Assembly: GCA_009914755.4 (NCBI GenBank)
Contig: CP086569.2
Span: 16,064,001-16,128,000, forward strand
Direction of reading: 5' to 3'
DNA length: 64,000 nt
Origin: the human T2T-CHM13v2.0 reference genome, Homo sapiens
Positions 38,458 to 52,726 of this stretch are shown one piece after another; within the stretch, counting starts at the first letter, position 1; the number at the start of each line of letters is the position of its first letter. The notes below the pieces were generated by a model. The model saw nothing but the letters and a program-made list of their open reading frames with translations, was not told the origin of the DNA and did no database searches. A program made the translations under genes and the position numbers.

Positions 38458-38700
38458 GGAGATATATAGATATATATATAGATATAGATGTAGATATATA
38501 GATATATATATAGATATAGATGTAGATATAGATATATATATAGATATAGATGTAGATATAGATATATATAGATATAGATGTAGATATAGATATATACACA
38601 CAGGTGTGTATATTTTATAAGGACATATATCCTTATATATAAAAATATATACATATAAAAATATATAGAATATATATACAAGCATATATTTTTATAAAAA
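38458..38700. repeat. Minisatellite of about four 36-bp units (ATATAGATATAGATGTAGATATAGATATATAT-like), followed by a (TATA)-rich tract.
   Basis: Reads ggagatatatagatatatatatagatatagatgtagatatatagatatatatatagatatagatgtagatatagatatatatatagatatagatgtagatatagatatatatagatatagatgtagatatagatatatacacac. Confidence 0.9.
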
Positions 38701-40207
38701 TGTTTTTTTACCAAAAAGTAGTTCATACTGATCATGTTTTAATTTTTTAAACCAATATCCCTTACCCATATAATTTTTTCATTTAATGACAGATCATGAT
38801 CATTTTTTCATCCCAGTAAATACTTGTATATTGTTTTGTAGACCCAATGGCATTCCAATGTGTGGCTATGCATTTATTATTTAATCATCCATGCTTTGGA
38901 TACTTCTTAGCTTTGCTAAATGGCCTTAATATAATAAAATTGTCCACTTGACCTCAACCCCAAAATGGTGTCAAGTAACAGTAACAATTTTCTCCCTGAT
39001 AGAGAAAAAGATGCATAGAGGAAATGCAACATTTATTAGTTAGACTAAGCTCAGATACTGTCAAGTCATGGCTAATGATACATGCCTGTATATTGCCTTA
39101 CTCATGGAACATATTCAGTAAATGATGTCTTAATCAATGAAACTATGTAATTGCAGATAACTAGAGTTTTTAAAGAGGCTAAACAGGCAAAGATTTGTAA
39201 GAGGCTGAATAAACAGCTCATAATATGAGTTATGCATCAGTTGAGACAGACAGAGGACTCAGTATGAAGGAGTTCAAAATGCTGGTATTATTCCTGGTGA
39301 ATCAAATACTGGAGGTCATGATTAGGTATGTAGCAGCACTGGGGTTCTCATGATAGTGACCAAGAGGTTGGTAGGCTTACCCTCAAAGCTGCAAGAAGCA
39401 TTGAGCCACCCATTGCCCTATCTTTCATGGCAAACATCACATCTGAAATGGGGTGTGGGACAACTGGGTTGAGCTTCCCAAGGCAGGGAACCAGGTGAGA
39501 GGTTGCGGGACAGGGACTAGTGAAATAGTTCCCAGTAGAAACACAAGGCATGTCACAGAAGGGCTCCTACGAAACTAGATTATGTTTTTGATTCTCTCTA
39601 ATATCTATTAATCATCAAAATAAAGGACAGGCTTAGAGGTTCTTTCAAAACAATAAATACATACTTGTGAGCCTAAATGATTATGTTAGCTAAAAAAAAA
39701 AAGTATATATGTAAGTGTCTCCAATTTGTTTCCATAGCTGTCTTCACCTTTTCTGGGAAAATACCCTTATTTCAGGGGGAAGCATTATATATAAGCTGGT
39801 GGAATGGCTCATGGCTGAACTTACCTAGAATGCTAAATCATCATCTTAAATGCAAAGATAATATGTCAGCAGAATTCATATCTGGGCTGATTATTTACTT
39901 AAATGCTGAAAAAAAGTAAAATAAACTGCTTGAAGAAAAAATATTCATGGTAGACAGAAATGTGCAGAGGCTGGAACTGACAGCTGCAATAAATGGCTTG
40001 GTGGGCCCTGATAGTAAATGCAATTAGAATCCAACTCTCTAATTAGACATTCTGAAAATAACAAATATGCCTGTTGAGAGGAAAGTCCAGAAGTAGATAA
40101 ACTGAGATGTGAACCATGCGCTGATGGGATTACACATGACCTTTTTTCCTTCTTTACCAAGTCCCCAATTTCTAAAATTTGCTTTTCCTTTAAATACATT
40201 TCTATGG

Positions 40208-40696
<489 letters not shown>

Positions 40697-41365
40697 TGAC
40701 TGATTCATCCTCACCTTCAGTAGGGGAGAATGTTAGTACTGTGCTATTGGCTCATTTTTAACCATTTTTAGGACTCCCATCTTGGCTTCAATATGTTTCC
40801 AGCAAGCACCTGGGGCACTTTATCAGATTCACTTGGGGTGGCGGAATGATTGCACCTTTATGCACAGTGAGCTGCAAGTGTCTGGGATTTTGCATCTCCC
40901 TTCCCTTCCCCAGTGGTTGACAGCTATGGGGCATCAAAACTTGCTTCTCTGCATTGGAACAACACTGAGTGAATTTACAAAATGAGGCTCCTCTGTTCTG
41001 TCAGTGCCTGATGCCTGACTTTACACCTATTGGTGTAAAGGTGGTTACTTTCCCTTCTGTCCTCCTTCCTGAACTTCTGACCACACTCCCCCTGGAAGCA
41101 TTTCATAGTGAACACCTCTGGTCCCTGCTCCCTTGTGCTCAAAGCCTACATAATCCCCTCCCCTTCAGCAGGAACGAGACCTGTGACTTGCTTCTAGCCA
41201 ACAGAACGTGGGCAAGGCAAAGGACTTTTGCAGATGTCAGTAAGGTTACAAATTAGTTGACTTTGAGTTCTTTAAAAGGGAGAATCTCTTCTGTGGGCCA
41301 GACTTGATTAGGCAAGTAGCAGTAAAAGGCAGATGTGTTCTTACCTAAGGTCAAATATTTTCTCT

Positions 41366-42299
41366 CTAGTTAATTTACATTCCCATCAACAGCATAAAAT
41401 TGTTCCCTTTTCTCCACATGCTCAACAACATCTATTGCTTTCTGACGTTTTACTAGTAGCCATTCAGACTGATGTGAGACAGTATCTCATAGAGGTTTTA
41501 ATTTGCATTTCTCTGCTATGATTAGTGATGTTAAGCATTTTTTTACATGTTTGTCATTTCTATATCTTCTTCTGAGAAATGTTTTTCATGCCCACTTTTT
41601 AATGTTTTTTTTTTTTTCTTACTGAGTTATTTGAGTTTCTCATAGAGTCTGGATATTAGCACTGTGTCAGATATATAGTTTTGCAAATATTTTTACCCAC
41701 CTTTTAGGCTGTGTGTTTACTCTGTTGATTTTATGGAAAACAATATGGAGATTTCTCAAAGAACTAAAAATAGAACTCCCATTAGATCCAACAATCCTGC
41801 TACAGGGTATATATTCAAAGGAATAAAAATAACTACATCAAAACGATGCCTGTTCTTATATGTTCACTGCAGCACTCTTCACAATAGCAAAGATATAGAA
41901 TCAATTTAAGTGTCCGTCAACAAAGGACTGAAGAAAGAAAATCTGTTGTACATATTCCATGCAATACTTACTACTTAGCCATCAAAAAGAATACAATTAT
42001 GGTTATGTATTTTGCAGCAAGACAGATGGAACTGGGGGCCAATATCTTTAGTGATACCATTCAAAAACAGAAAGTCAAATATTGAACAATATCACTTTTA
42101 AGTGGGAGCTAAATAATGTGTACACTTGGACATAGAGAGTGGAATAATAGACACTAGAGACTAGGAAAGGTGGAAAGGTGGGAGAAAAGTGAGGGATACA
42201 AAATTACTTAATGGGTAAAATGTACACTATTCAGGTGATATCTACACTAAAAGCCCAAACTTCTCCATGGAATTTATACATGTAAAAAATCTGCACTTG
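41366..42299 (+). mobile_element. Old L1 (L1PB/L1M-type) 3'-end insertion with a 5' inversion. Segment 41366-41734 is in minus orientation. Segment 41735-42299 is in plus orientation and carries the ORF2 C-terminus and 3'UTR.
   Basis: 41366 onward reads agttaatttacattcccatcaacagcataaaattgttcc...gatttgcatttctctgctatgattagtgatgttaagcattttt...ttcattgtagattctgg-like ...tctggatattagc, which is the L1 minus strand. 41735 onward reads ggaaaacaatatggagatttctcaaagaactaaaaatagaactcccattagatccaacaatcctgctacagggtatatattcaaagg...cactcttcacaatagcaaagatatag...gtgggagctaaataatgtgtacacttggacatagagag, which is the L1 plus strand. Confidence 0.85.
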
Positions 42300-42300
42300 C

Positions 42301-42412
42301 GGGCCAGGCATGGTGGATTATGCCTGTAATCCCAACACTTTGAAAGAGCCCAGGAGTTGAAGTCCATCTTGGACAACATAGCAAGACCCCCATCTAAAAA
42401 AAAAAATAAAAA
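42301..42412 (+). mobile_element. Free left Alu monomer (FLAM) abutting the L1 3' end.
   Basis: Reads gggccaggcatggtggattatgcctgtaatcccaacactttgaaagagcccaggagttgaagtccatcttggacaacatagcaagacccccatct, followed by poly-A. Confidence 0.85.
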
Positions 42413-43890
42413 CCTGATCGGTCTGGAAAGACAGATTCTCCATTACTTGAGGACACTGGGTATTTACAGGGAGGATGAAAGAGTAAGATGTGTCTTCAAT
42501 TGTATATGCTATATTTTATTTCTGGGGAATATCGGAGCTTCAGTAAATATGGCAAAAATGCTAGCATTTGTAAAACATGAGGGTTGGATTTATGAATGCT
42601 CCCTAGATAACTCAAAAAGATTTGTAATATAAGAAGCTTCGTTGACTGGGTTCAGCAAAATATGTTGATGGAATATTTAGTTGAAAATTGGAAAAAAAAA
42701 TCTGTTTCTGTTTTATTCCAAGATTAGCCTTATTTTATCTTGTAATTTAATCTTTTTCCCTTATATTTTATTTCCATTAAACTACACTGTCTAAGACAGC
42801 AATTCCAAATAAAAGCAACCTTGCATATAACGTAATTTAATGTGGAATAATGTCAAAATTACAGCTAATGGTGAAGGTGGAAAAAAAAAAGGCCCATTTC
42901 AGAATTTCTTCCAAAAAGTCATTGCCTGATTTATAGTATCTCAAAGAATAAAGTGAAGGAATTCAAACCTTGAAAGGTCAAGGAATAATAAAAACATCTC
43001 ATTATGCATTTCCTAAAATAAGCAAACTTATACTTCATAAAACTTACAAATTCCTGCTGTTTGCAAATGCATGGTATATAGTTTTCATTTTTCTTTCCTA
43101 TTCTTCATGACATTTTCATGATATTTGAAAAGAAAAACCAAATCATGAATTAGAAACCACTCTTCGAAGAAAAAAAAAAGAAGTAGGAAAAGGAGGGTAA
43201 GGGGAACAACAAATGTAGGAAAATTATGCCAGAATATGTTTATTGCAAGGTGAAGTGAAATTTGTGATTTCAGAACTTATCTTAAATGAGCTCCATGTGA
43301 CATCCAGTTTTAATATTTTAGCAATTTTTGCATTAAGCAATGTTCTTAATTAAAGTAATAACTGCTCTTGTATGAAGGATTATTTAACCACATGGCTTTT
43401 TTTTTATGTCATTCACTTGAATCTTGGAGAAATATTTGCAAGAGTGAGGGTTCCCACCCATCATCCACCATGAGCTGCAGAGAAACACAGCTTATCAACA
43501 TGGGTTGAAGCTTTACAGGGCCTTTTCACAAGTCTATTATAATCAACCCAAACCTGTGGTCCGACAATAAGGAGCTTAAGAGTGCTTGCACTTCTAAGAG
43601 AAATAAGGAGTTCTTTTTAAATAAACAAACTGGCAATGGAAGAAAAGGCAACTACTAACCACCATTTCTCTTAATTTTCATTGCATGCCCATGGTCTGTA
43701 AACACTTCCTCTTGGGTCCAGCATGGTTGGTCCCCAATGGCACAGCCATGGATGGTGGTAGAACTAGCACAGGTGTGTTTCCTCCCCAAGGATGCCACCA
43801 GGGGAGGGCCGAGAGAATGGAATTGATTCTCAGAGTATCATCCCTGAAGGATGGATGGGGAATTCCCAAGGTTATGATAAAGTGAAGGCC

Positions 43891-43990
43891 TGTATTGTAT
43901 TATTGTATTGTACTGTACTGTACTGTACTGTACTGTACTGTATTGTATTGTATTGTATTGTATTGTATTGTATTGTATTGTATTGTATAT
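43891..43990 (+). repeat. (TGTAY)n pentanucleotide array of about 20 units, made of TGTAT and TGTAC repeats. It sits at the poly-A tail position of the minus-strand L1 to its right, so it is tail-derived.
   Basis: Reads tgtattgtattattgtattgtactgtactgtactgtactgtactgtactgtattgtattgtattg... Confidence 0.9.
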
Positions 43991-43996
43991 ATTTAG

Positions 43997-44783
43997 TGGA
44001 TACAAGTGCAGTTATGTTGCATGGGTACATTTCATAGTGCTGAAGTTCGGGCTTTTAGCATATTCCTCACCTGAACAATGTACATTACACTCATTTCATA
44101 ATTTCTCATCCTTCACCCCCTTCTCACTTTCCTATCCTTCCCAGTCTCCAATGTCTATTATTTCACACTCTATGTTCAGCTGTACACATTATTTAGTTCC
44201 CTCTTAGAAATGAGAAAATGTGGCATTTGACTTCCTGTTTCTAAGTTATTTCCCTTAAGATAATGCCCTCCAGGTCCATCTATGTTGCTGCAAGGGACAT
44301 GATTTCATTCTTTTTTTATGACTGGGTAGTATTCCATGGTGTATATATACCACATTTTCTTTCTCTAATCATCCACTGACGGATACTTAGGTTGATTCCA
44401 TATCTTTGTTATTGTGAATAGTGCATTGTTCAAAAGAAGACATACAAATGGCCAAAAAGCATATAAAAAATGCTCAACATCGCTAATCATCAGAGACACA
44501 AATTAAAACAATGATGAGATATCACGTTTCATCTGCAAACATGGCAATTTTCAAAAAGCCAAAAAGATTACAGAAGTTCGTGAGGATGCAGAGAAGAGGG
44601 AACTCTTACACACTGTTAGTGGGATTAGTACAACTTCTATGAAAAACAGTATGGAGATTTCCCAAAGAACTAAAAATAGAACTATCATTCAATCCAGCAA
44701 TCCCACTGCTGGGTATATACCCAAAATAAAAGAAATCATTGCATCAAAAAGATACCTGCACTTGTATGCTGGTATTTTATAAC
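43997..44783 (-). mobile_element. Old L1 (L1PB/L1M-type) 3'-end insertion in minus orientation, with its 5' segment inverted. Segment 43997-44427 is minus (3'UTR and ORF2 C-terminus). Segment 44431-44783 is plus (upstream ORF2).
   Basis: 43997 onward reads ggatacaagtgcagttatgttgcatgggtacatttcatagtgctgaagttcgggc...cacttataag-like...gataatgccctccaggtccatctatgttgctgcaagggacatgatttcattc...gtagtattccatggtgtatatataccacattttc...ttgtgaatagtgc, the reverse complement of the L1 3' region. 44431 onward reads caaaagaagacatacaaatggccaaaaagcatataaaaaatgctcaacatcgctaatcatcagagacacaaattaaaacaatgatgagatatcac...ccactgctgggtatatacccaaaat, the plus strand. Confidence 0.85.
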
Positions 44784-46599
44784 CCTTCCTGTAGCTCCTG
44801 AACACACAAAGCAAGCAGAAACGTGTCCTCTTTTCCTCCCTTCTCAAATCTCTCACCTTTCAGAAGAGGTTTTATCTCTCATTGGCTTATTTCTCCTCCT
44901 ACTTTACAGAAGTAGCACATTTGAACATAACTGGCCCTTCTTGGTCATGCTGAAGATGGCACATTATAACAACAATTAGGAATTAAAATGGGCATGGCCA
45001 TGTGTCCCAACATGGCCTCTGGTACATATATAAACCATATACATACTACTGTGGTTACTAAAGGCTGGGAAGCATAGAGAGCAGGGGAGACTAGGGAGAG
45101 GTTGGTTAATGGATACAAACTTACTACCAAATGGAAGGAATAAGTTTTTGTGTGCTGTAGTATTATAGGGTGAACTATGATTATCAATAATTTAGAGTAT
45201 ATTTTCAGAAAGCTACACAAGAGGACTTTGAATGTTCCCAACCTAAAGAAATGATAAATGTTTGAGTTGATATATATGCTAATTAACTAGATTTGATCAG
45301 GACACATTGTAAACATGTATCAAAATATTACTCTGGGCTCTATAAATATGTACAATTATTATCTGTCAAGTAAAAACAAAAGGAAAAATATACATTCTTA
45401 AGCAAATCCTGGTATAATTTACATTTTCTTCTTATCAAGTTGAGATGGTTGTAAGGCACACAATTATAGGAATATCACACATATTTAAAACCAGCCAAGG
45501 GAGTTTTTTTAATATGTAAGGATGCTAAAAACATATCCTGGAAGCCTTCCTGGAAATACATAAACACTGGAGATGTGCTCCAATAAAATGAGAGCCCAAT
45601 TAATTTAAGTTGATTCATTTAATCAATTAAACTATATTTAATAAGAGAATATTTGATTAAAATCAAGTTAAATTTTTTTACAACGTACTATGAAAGGCAG
45701 TAAAGCATGAGAGGAGAAGCAGTAAATAGAGGGTCTCTTTAACTATGTAATTAAGTCTAAACAATGCTGTGAAACATCATTGCAAAATGGGAAGTAAATG
45801 CTAAATTCTTGAAAGATCTTATACCAGTGTGATAAATTATAATTATGTAATTTTTTAAAGGCATATATATTTGAAAATTTTTTCTTAGGAAGCAGAAGAA
45901 ATGATCTTAATACACAGATAAAATTTAATGGATGAAAAAGTGAAAAATATATTAAACTGATAGATTCAAATATAAATCTTTGACTCCATCTTAAAACTTC
46001 AAGAGAAAAAAAGGTTAAAAATAAAGATGGAGATAGAGAGACAGAGACAGAGAGATTGCTAAAGTAGAAAACCATAGAATTGATAAATGGGCTATAATTG
46101 TAGATAAGGATGACATAACAGAATCTTAAAAGTACGTAATATAACACAATCCTATTAAGTTTTAAAATCTGTATGAAATCCATGCTTAAAATATAAATTT
46201 ATAAATTAAGAAAATTTAGACTAGCTAAAAAGACCAATTACCATGGAAGAAATTTAATGAGCTCTTAAGGTTCTTAACTTCAAAGAAGGCAAACTTCCCC
46301 TTTGAAGAATTTTGGAGAATTTACTTCTCAGCATTTTTTTCCCACTGGGGGTGGACTCTTGTCTTTTTGGATCCAGGTGGCTTAATGAGTCAGCCAGTCA
46401 TATTTGAGGAGGAGGAACATGGTCACAGGTGGAGAAGAAATAATTTTAAAACCAAGTGTCTTATTCAGATGGCCAACCTATTTTTATATCCTGTGGCCAG
46501 TGGGTGTGACTGTCATTCCAGTATGCACACTAGGTATAGAATTATGGGGGGCTACCTGCTTCCCAGAGCTAAGCACCATCAGAGAGGTGGTGCAACAGT

Positions 46600-46702
46600 A
46601 CAGGTGGCACAGGATGACACAGGTGGTCTTCACAACACATGGGAATTATAAGAACTAAAATTTGAGTTGAGATATGGGTGGGGACACAGCCAAACCATAT
46701 CA
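46600..46702 (-). mobile_element. MaLR LTR 5'-end fragment.
   Basis: Reads cacaacacatgggaattataagaactaaaatttgagttgagatatgggtggggacacagccaaaccatatca. Confidence 0.6.
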
Positions 46703-47959
46703 TTTGCCAAAGTTAAGGACATGTACCTAGGAGACAGTTCTTTCTCTGAAGGTGATTTTGAGGTCTTCAATATTTAAAGAAGAAAGTCAGTTTATTGGGA
46801 AGTACACAGTTCTCATGTGAGAAGGGGATGGGGAAATAGTCTTTCATGCCTTTTTCTGGCTCAGTGAATCTGCATTTTTAAATGAAATAACATAGACAAT
46901 AGGGCAGAGGCAGCAGTGAGATTCGTCTTGGTGGGCAGAGGGATGACTTTGAGTTCTGTCTTGTCTCTGTGCACCTATGAAGATAAGCTATCAATTTACA
47001 TTGCCATGGTGTACAGCAATATATCTGTTTTAGGGAAAAGGTCTTGCAGCCCACAAAGAATTTCCTTGTGGCTGAAATTTGTGGTAGGTGTGTAGATTTT
47101 TATCTTTGTAGCCTTCTTATTTAGGAACAAAATGGGAGGCAGGTAGTCATGACCCAGGTCTCAGCTTGACTTCTCCCTTCCGCTTAGTGAGTTTGGGGTC
47201 CCAAGATTTATTTTTCCTTTCACACACCACTGAGTGAGTTGGGTAAACAGAAAAGCTTTCTCAACAAACCAGGTGATAATTTTCAGTTGCCAAAAAAAGG
47301 GAATAGAATGTTCTAGAACTCCTTTTGGGTTTTGCATTTTAATGATGTGAAATTGTTTAGAGATTTTCCTAAAAACAGTTGCCCATGCATGCATGACATG
47401 ATCTCATTGTCATAAAATAGGAGTTGCTTCCACAGATAGTTCTTTCAAACTCACTAATCATCAGGGGTTAAAACAAAAATGATGTTATTAGTTACTACCT
47501 GTGAATAAAAGTCATTGTTTTGGGCAGATGTCATGAAAAATTTAATCAGGCCATTTTTGATAACCTCTGACCACAGGCAAATTCATTTGCTTGCCAGGGA
47601 ATACATTTTAGAGAGAAAACTTATGGCTTAAAAATCATGCTTCTATAATATGGCATTATAGAGATTTTTCCTACAGCCAGGTGGGTTACTAATAATCTTT
47701 GCCATGAAAATGTTCCAGATTATCTTGACAGTGCTCAGAAATGAAATGCAGAAATATAGGAGCAAAATTAATTTTCCCTCATAAGCTAGAGGGGGAATTT
47801 TTGTTGGTAATAAAACATCTAGCATTCTAAAGTCACCATTACTAAAGATATTGATGATCGTTTATTCATCCTTTTATCCACTCAGTAGATATTAATACTT
47901 TTGTTATTAGCGAGGTTATGTGTTAGCCTTCAGTACAGTTGCTATTAAAAAACACATCT

Positions 47960-48430
<471 letters not shown>

Positions 48431-50244
48431 GACAGACATTAGAATTGCACAATCCTAACATAGGAATCAATCACATCATACAACAGCAACATGTTTATGC
48501 TTATTTACTTTATCTTATTGGACAATTTTCCAGAAACTGATCGAAGCCCTTTATGATGTTAATACTATCCCCATTTCGCAGATGAGAAAACCAGGGCACA
48601 AAGGGATTATGTGACTCACCCAAAGTCACATAGGCAGTGAGATACAGGCTTAAACTTTTAATTCTGGAATACTTTTATGTTCACAAAATATTGAAAAGGC
48701 TATTAAAGAGAGCTCTTGGTTACCCCACATCCCTTTCCCTCCGTTAGCATCTTGGACTGCCATGGCACATTTGTTGCAACGAAGTCACCCATTACACTTA
48801 GTAAACTCCAGACATTATTCCAATGTCCTTAGATTTTCCCTGATGTCCCTTTTGTATTCCAGGATCGCATCCAGGATACCACGCTGCAGTGAGTCATCAA
48901 GTCTCCTTGGACTCCTCTGGCTGTGACAGTTTCTCAGAATTTCCTTGCTTTTTATGACCATGATGGTTCTGAGAAGAACTGCTTAGGTATTTTTTAGAAT
49001 GCCCTGCAATTTGGGCTTGTCTGGCGCCTTTCTCATGATTAGACTAAGGTTAGGTGTTTGGGGGAGGAAGACCACAGAGGCAAAGTGCTGTGTTCCTCAC
49101 ATCACATTAAGGGTACAACTCTCAACACGACTTATGTGAAGGAAAATATCTTGGGTCCTTAAAATGACTACGCTAAAGGGAAAAGTCATCTGGGAACTGC
49201 TTAGGGCCAAACTGCCTCCCATTCTGTTCAAAGTCACCCCTGTGCTCTGGAGATAAATGCTTATTATTTGCCTCCTTTAGAGAGGCTATTCAGAAACTCA
49301 GAATAATGGAACCATTTGTTTGTTTTCTACCTACGACCTGGGAGCCCTCTACCCACTTTGGGCCTTCCCACCTTTCCAGACCGAACCAACGTTCATCTTA
49401 TATATATTGATTGATGTCTCCTGTCTCCTTAAAATGTATAAAACCAAGATGTGCTCTGACCAACTTGGGCACACGTTGTCAGGACTTCCTGAGGCTGTGT
49501 CTTGGGGCCTCATTGTCAACCTTGCCAAAATAAACTTTCTAAATTAACTCAGATCTGTCTCATATTTCCAGGGTTCACATTTTGGTAACCATAGAGGGAT
49601 TCTGAGTGGAGGTGCCCCTGACCTTTGACAAATCCGTCTGTGCTTGGTACCAGTATGAGCTAACTTTACAGTTCAAACCAATAGGACAATTTGCTGAGGT
49701 CTGACAGCACCCACTCCAGAGAATCCCTGATCTCCCATAGGTGATGCTGATGTGATTGGCTGAGGTCATGACTGTCAGGTTTCTCCATCATAAAATAACT
49801 TCTTCCTCCACGTTGTCCACTGTGTTATTTGGAAATAAATCTCGAAGCACAGCCCACACTCACGGATGGAGAGGAGCCTGGATTTTCACACAAGATGTGT
49901 ATTCTTAGTCATTACACAATCACAAAACTGGGAATCACTAAATGATAGGATAAACAAATTGCATTCCAATCCTGTCTTCCCATCCACTTTTAGATGTTTT
50001 ATTTTTGTGCTTTGGAGAACCTCACTCCTTTAAGGAAAACTTTTGGTCCAGGGGTGAAACACACAGGTCAACAGAACAAAGGTTCTAGTACGAGGCTATG
50101 AATAGAAATACCAATGGATATTGCTGCTAGGTGTTCACAGTAGGTCTGGCTGAGGGGGTGACCTTTCCACTGAATCTTGTTGAATAAGTAAGAGTTATCC
50201 AGCATAAAGGGAAATTATTGCCAACGAAGAAACTACCCATCCTG

Positions 50245-50766
<522 letters not shown>

Positions 50767-51113
50767 TCACCCATGGTAAGAGCTGAAGATGTGATTAGAA
50801 AACTAAGTCCACTATTCTTGGAGCCCAGAGTGCTACATGTGATGCACAAAGTGACAAAGTGACAGACCTGAAAATATACTCACAAAGCACACCACAAAGC
50901 ACTTTGGAGTTCAAGACTCAAGACTTGAACAGAAACCTCTAGCAGCTAGTGGGGTTTGAAAGTTGACATTGGATCTTTAATTTCTAGTGCAGAACATCAA
51001 TATATCAGAGTACCAACTCAGTTGGTTTCTAAAGTCATGGTTTACTCAACTGTAAACATCTACAGTCCAGACCCTTGCCAAGGGATACAGTCTTTTATTT
51101 TCATTTGATATGA

Positions 51114-51403
51114 TTTTTTAGAGACAGGGTCTCAGTCTGTTGTCCAGGCTGGAGTGCAGTGGTGCTACCATAGTTCACTGCAACCTTGAAATCCAGAGCT
51201 CAAGATATCCTCCTGCCTCAGCCTCCTGAATAGCTGAGAATACAGGTGCATGCCACCACACCAAGCTTTCTTTTAATTTTTTTGTAGAGACAAGGTCTTG
51301 GTAAGTTGCATGAGCTGGTCGTGACCTACTGGCCTCAAGAAATCCTCCCACCTCAGTCTCCCAGTGCACTGAAATTACAGATATAAGCCACTGCACCCAG
51401 CCC
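51114..51403 (-). mobile_element. Alu (older) with a T-rich tail complement.
   Basis: Reads ttttttagagacagggtctcagtctgttgtccaggctggagtgcagtggtgctaccatagttcactgcaacc...gatataagccactgcacccagccc. Confidence 0.9.
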
Positions 51404-51745
51404 AGAGGATATGTCTTAAGCTATGAGCTGAGTCTTACCAATATCTCAGTGTATTAAAAACGTGGAAAACCAACTAAAATAATGGGATACCTGTTGTCAC
51501 TCATCACATTGGCAAAGACTAACACATTTAAAATACCCTTGAAAATATTGCCCTTCATTGTTCTTGTTCAACATTCAAAATGCATATGCCCTTTGAAATA
51601 GTAATGTCATTTTCATAGTATAACCTGCAAAACAAGCTACAGCTTCACTAAACCAAATGTACAAAGAGTCCCGTACAATTATATTTCACAGTGTTTTTGT
51701 TTGTCTCTGGTAGGAGAAGCTGGAAACAAAGTTAATGTCCACCTA

Positions 51746-52058
51746 AAGAAAGGAAAGGAAAGGAAGGGGGAGCAGGGAGAGGAGGGGAGGGGAAGGGAGA
51801 AGAAGAGAGGCTAGAGGAGGGGAGGGAAAAGAGGAAGGGAGGGTAGGGAAGGGGATGGGGATGGGGAGGGGGAGTAGGAGGAAAGGAAAGACTAAAGCAC
51901 CAGGTATTTTATACTGAGTTCCTGTACATTTGGGACAGGAGGGGAGGGGAGCGGAAGGAAGGGGAGGGGAGGGGAAGGAAGAGGAGGGGAGGGAAGGAGG
52001 GGAGGAGGGGACGGAAACACTAAACCCCTGATAGTTCATACTAAGTTCCTATATATTT
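51746..52058 (+). repeat. GA-rich (GGAA/GGGA/GGAG) homopurine block built as two tandem sub-blocks, each ending in a similar ~45-bp non-GA tail.
   Basis: Block 1 spans 51746-51890 and is followed by gactaaagcaccaggtattttatactgagttcctgtacatttggg. Block 2 spans 51936-52008 and is followed by acactaaacccctgatagttcatactaagttcctatatatttcag. Confidence 0.9.
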
Positions 52059-52726
52059 CAGTGTGATGATAATTTAAAATGACAATAGATATTCTTAAGT
52101 AAAGAAGTTACAAAACAACAAATGTAAACAGGTCCCATTTGTGCTCCATCATATTTCACATATAAATACTTATATGTAAAACCAAGAATATTTATGAAGA
52201 GATGCACAACTTATTGTTAAAAATTATTTCTGGAGAGAAGGATGGGAACAGTTGGATCCACTTATATTCTTTTATTTAAAAATCTCTTTCTCAAAAGTTC
52301 AGTTTCTGATAGTAATTTTAGTAGAAAATTGTATAAGGCTATTCCAGGCATATCTCCGTCCCAGTGTTTTGCTTCACTAGATCAAAGGCACCTTTCAGAA
52401 GGCTGTCAGCTTAAACACCACTATTCCAGGCTCTCAAAGATAGATTTGCCTTCTGTACTTTGCATTTTCATGTCCTGGGGTTGGCTCACTGAGGAGGCTT
52501 CATGAATGTGTAGTTTTAGGACTATTTTCCTTTATCAACCACAGGAAAGCCACTGTTTTCCCTGATAAACTTGTGTGGGCTTATATGTGCGTACTCTCAT
52601 ACAGACGCACAAACACACACACATTCTTTTAAAATGTAAAATCTTACCAAAAGCTTTTGAAAAAAAATCTCCTTAATTTATATTTTCTTTTTAGCATAAA
52701 AAATTAGAGACCCACATTAGGTAAGT

